From Eledone cirrhosa (lineage: Eukaryota), in contig OZ024752.1 in NCBI GenBank assembly GCA_964016885.1, forward strand, positions 41,540,001 to 41,604,000: 64,000 bases of DNA, in the 5' to 3' direction. A model generated the notes under the pieces. It was not told the origin of the DNA, searched no databases, and saw only the letters and a list, made by a program, of their open reading frames with translations. How positions within the stretch are numbered: position 1 is the stretch's first letter; each line of letters begins with the position of its first letter. The position numbers were made by a program, and so were the translations under genes. Below are positions 63,640 to 64,000 of the stretch, one piece after another.

Positions 63640-64000
63640 CCAGAAGACGTGACAGAGTGTCTGTTGTAAACACTAAATCCCTCCCCCATGAAGAATGCAC
63701 CTCCCAACATAGACTGATAATTAGCGACCTCATAGTCAGGTCGAGACGTACTCGACAGCAGAAGAGGACTATCCTCAGGAGAAAAATATGGAAGCTAAAG
63801 GACCCCACAGCCAAAAATAAATTTCAAAACATATTACTTGATGCTTTCGACAGTAAGGAAGAACACTTAGAGTCGGACAATATAGAGGGACAGTGGGAAT
63901 TTCTGAAAGCAAACCTGCTGTTGGCCACAGACGAAGTCTGTGGCTGGAGCAGGCCTGTAGGCAGGAGGAGAGTAACATGGTGGTGGAACAGTAAGGTGGA
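63640..64000 (+). mobile_element. RTE LINE fragment (endonuclease-to-RT linker), runs off the window
   Basis: WEFLKANLLLATDEVCGWSRP..RRRVTWWWNSKV motif. Confidence 0.7.

Noticed and set aside
55700-64000. Upstream FGD exon carrying the start of the DH domain
   Set aside because: Acceptor-like sites at about 56300 and 58190 give no in-frame DH-like peptide with a donor; the 5' exons are probably beyond the window.

Overview
Eukaryotic, AT-rich and very repeat-dense genomic DNA. It is most consistent with an octopus (coleoid cephalopod), inferred from the clustered single-coding-exon C2H2 zinc-finger genes, the SINE types and the microsatellite load. Three protein-coding genes lie on the minus strand. 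Two are tandemly duplicated C2H2-ZNF paralogues (CDS 523->off window and 8127->5725) with homologous non-coding first exons and promoters. The third is the 3' part of an FGD-family Cdc42 GEF (DH-PH-FYVE-PH), reconstructed here as 15 phase-consistent GT-AG exons (55614->21837, 547 aa). The rest is tRNA-derived SINEs, RTE/R4-Dong/CRE LINE fragments, mariner relics, piggyBac/hAT/pogo-type MITEs, TE-derived satellites and simple repeats; most ORFs in the supplied track are artefacts of these. The most notable unannotated signal is a set of type I hammerhead ribozyme motifs in (TA)n tracts. These include a head-to-head pair inside a 188-bp palindrome in a ZNF intron (10111-10298), a canonical minimal hammerhead at 62474-62518, and several decayed or half copies in other palindromes. 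They are probably Penelope-like or retrozyme terminal repeats. All calls were made by eye, without database searches.
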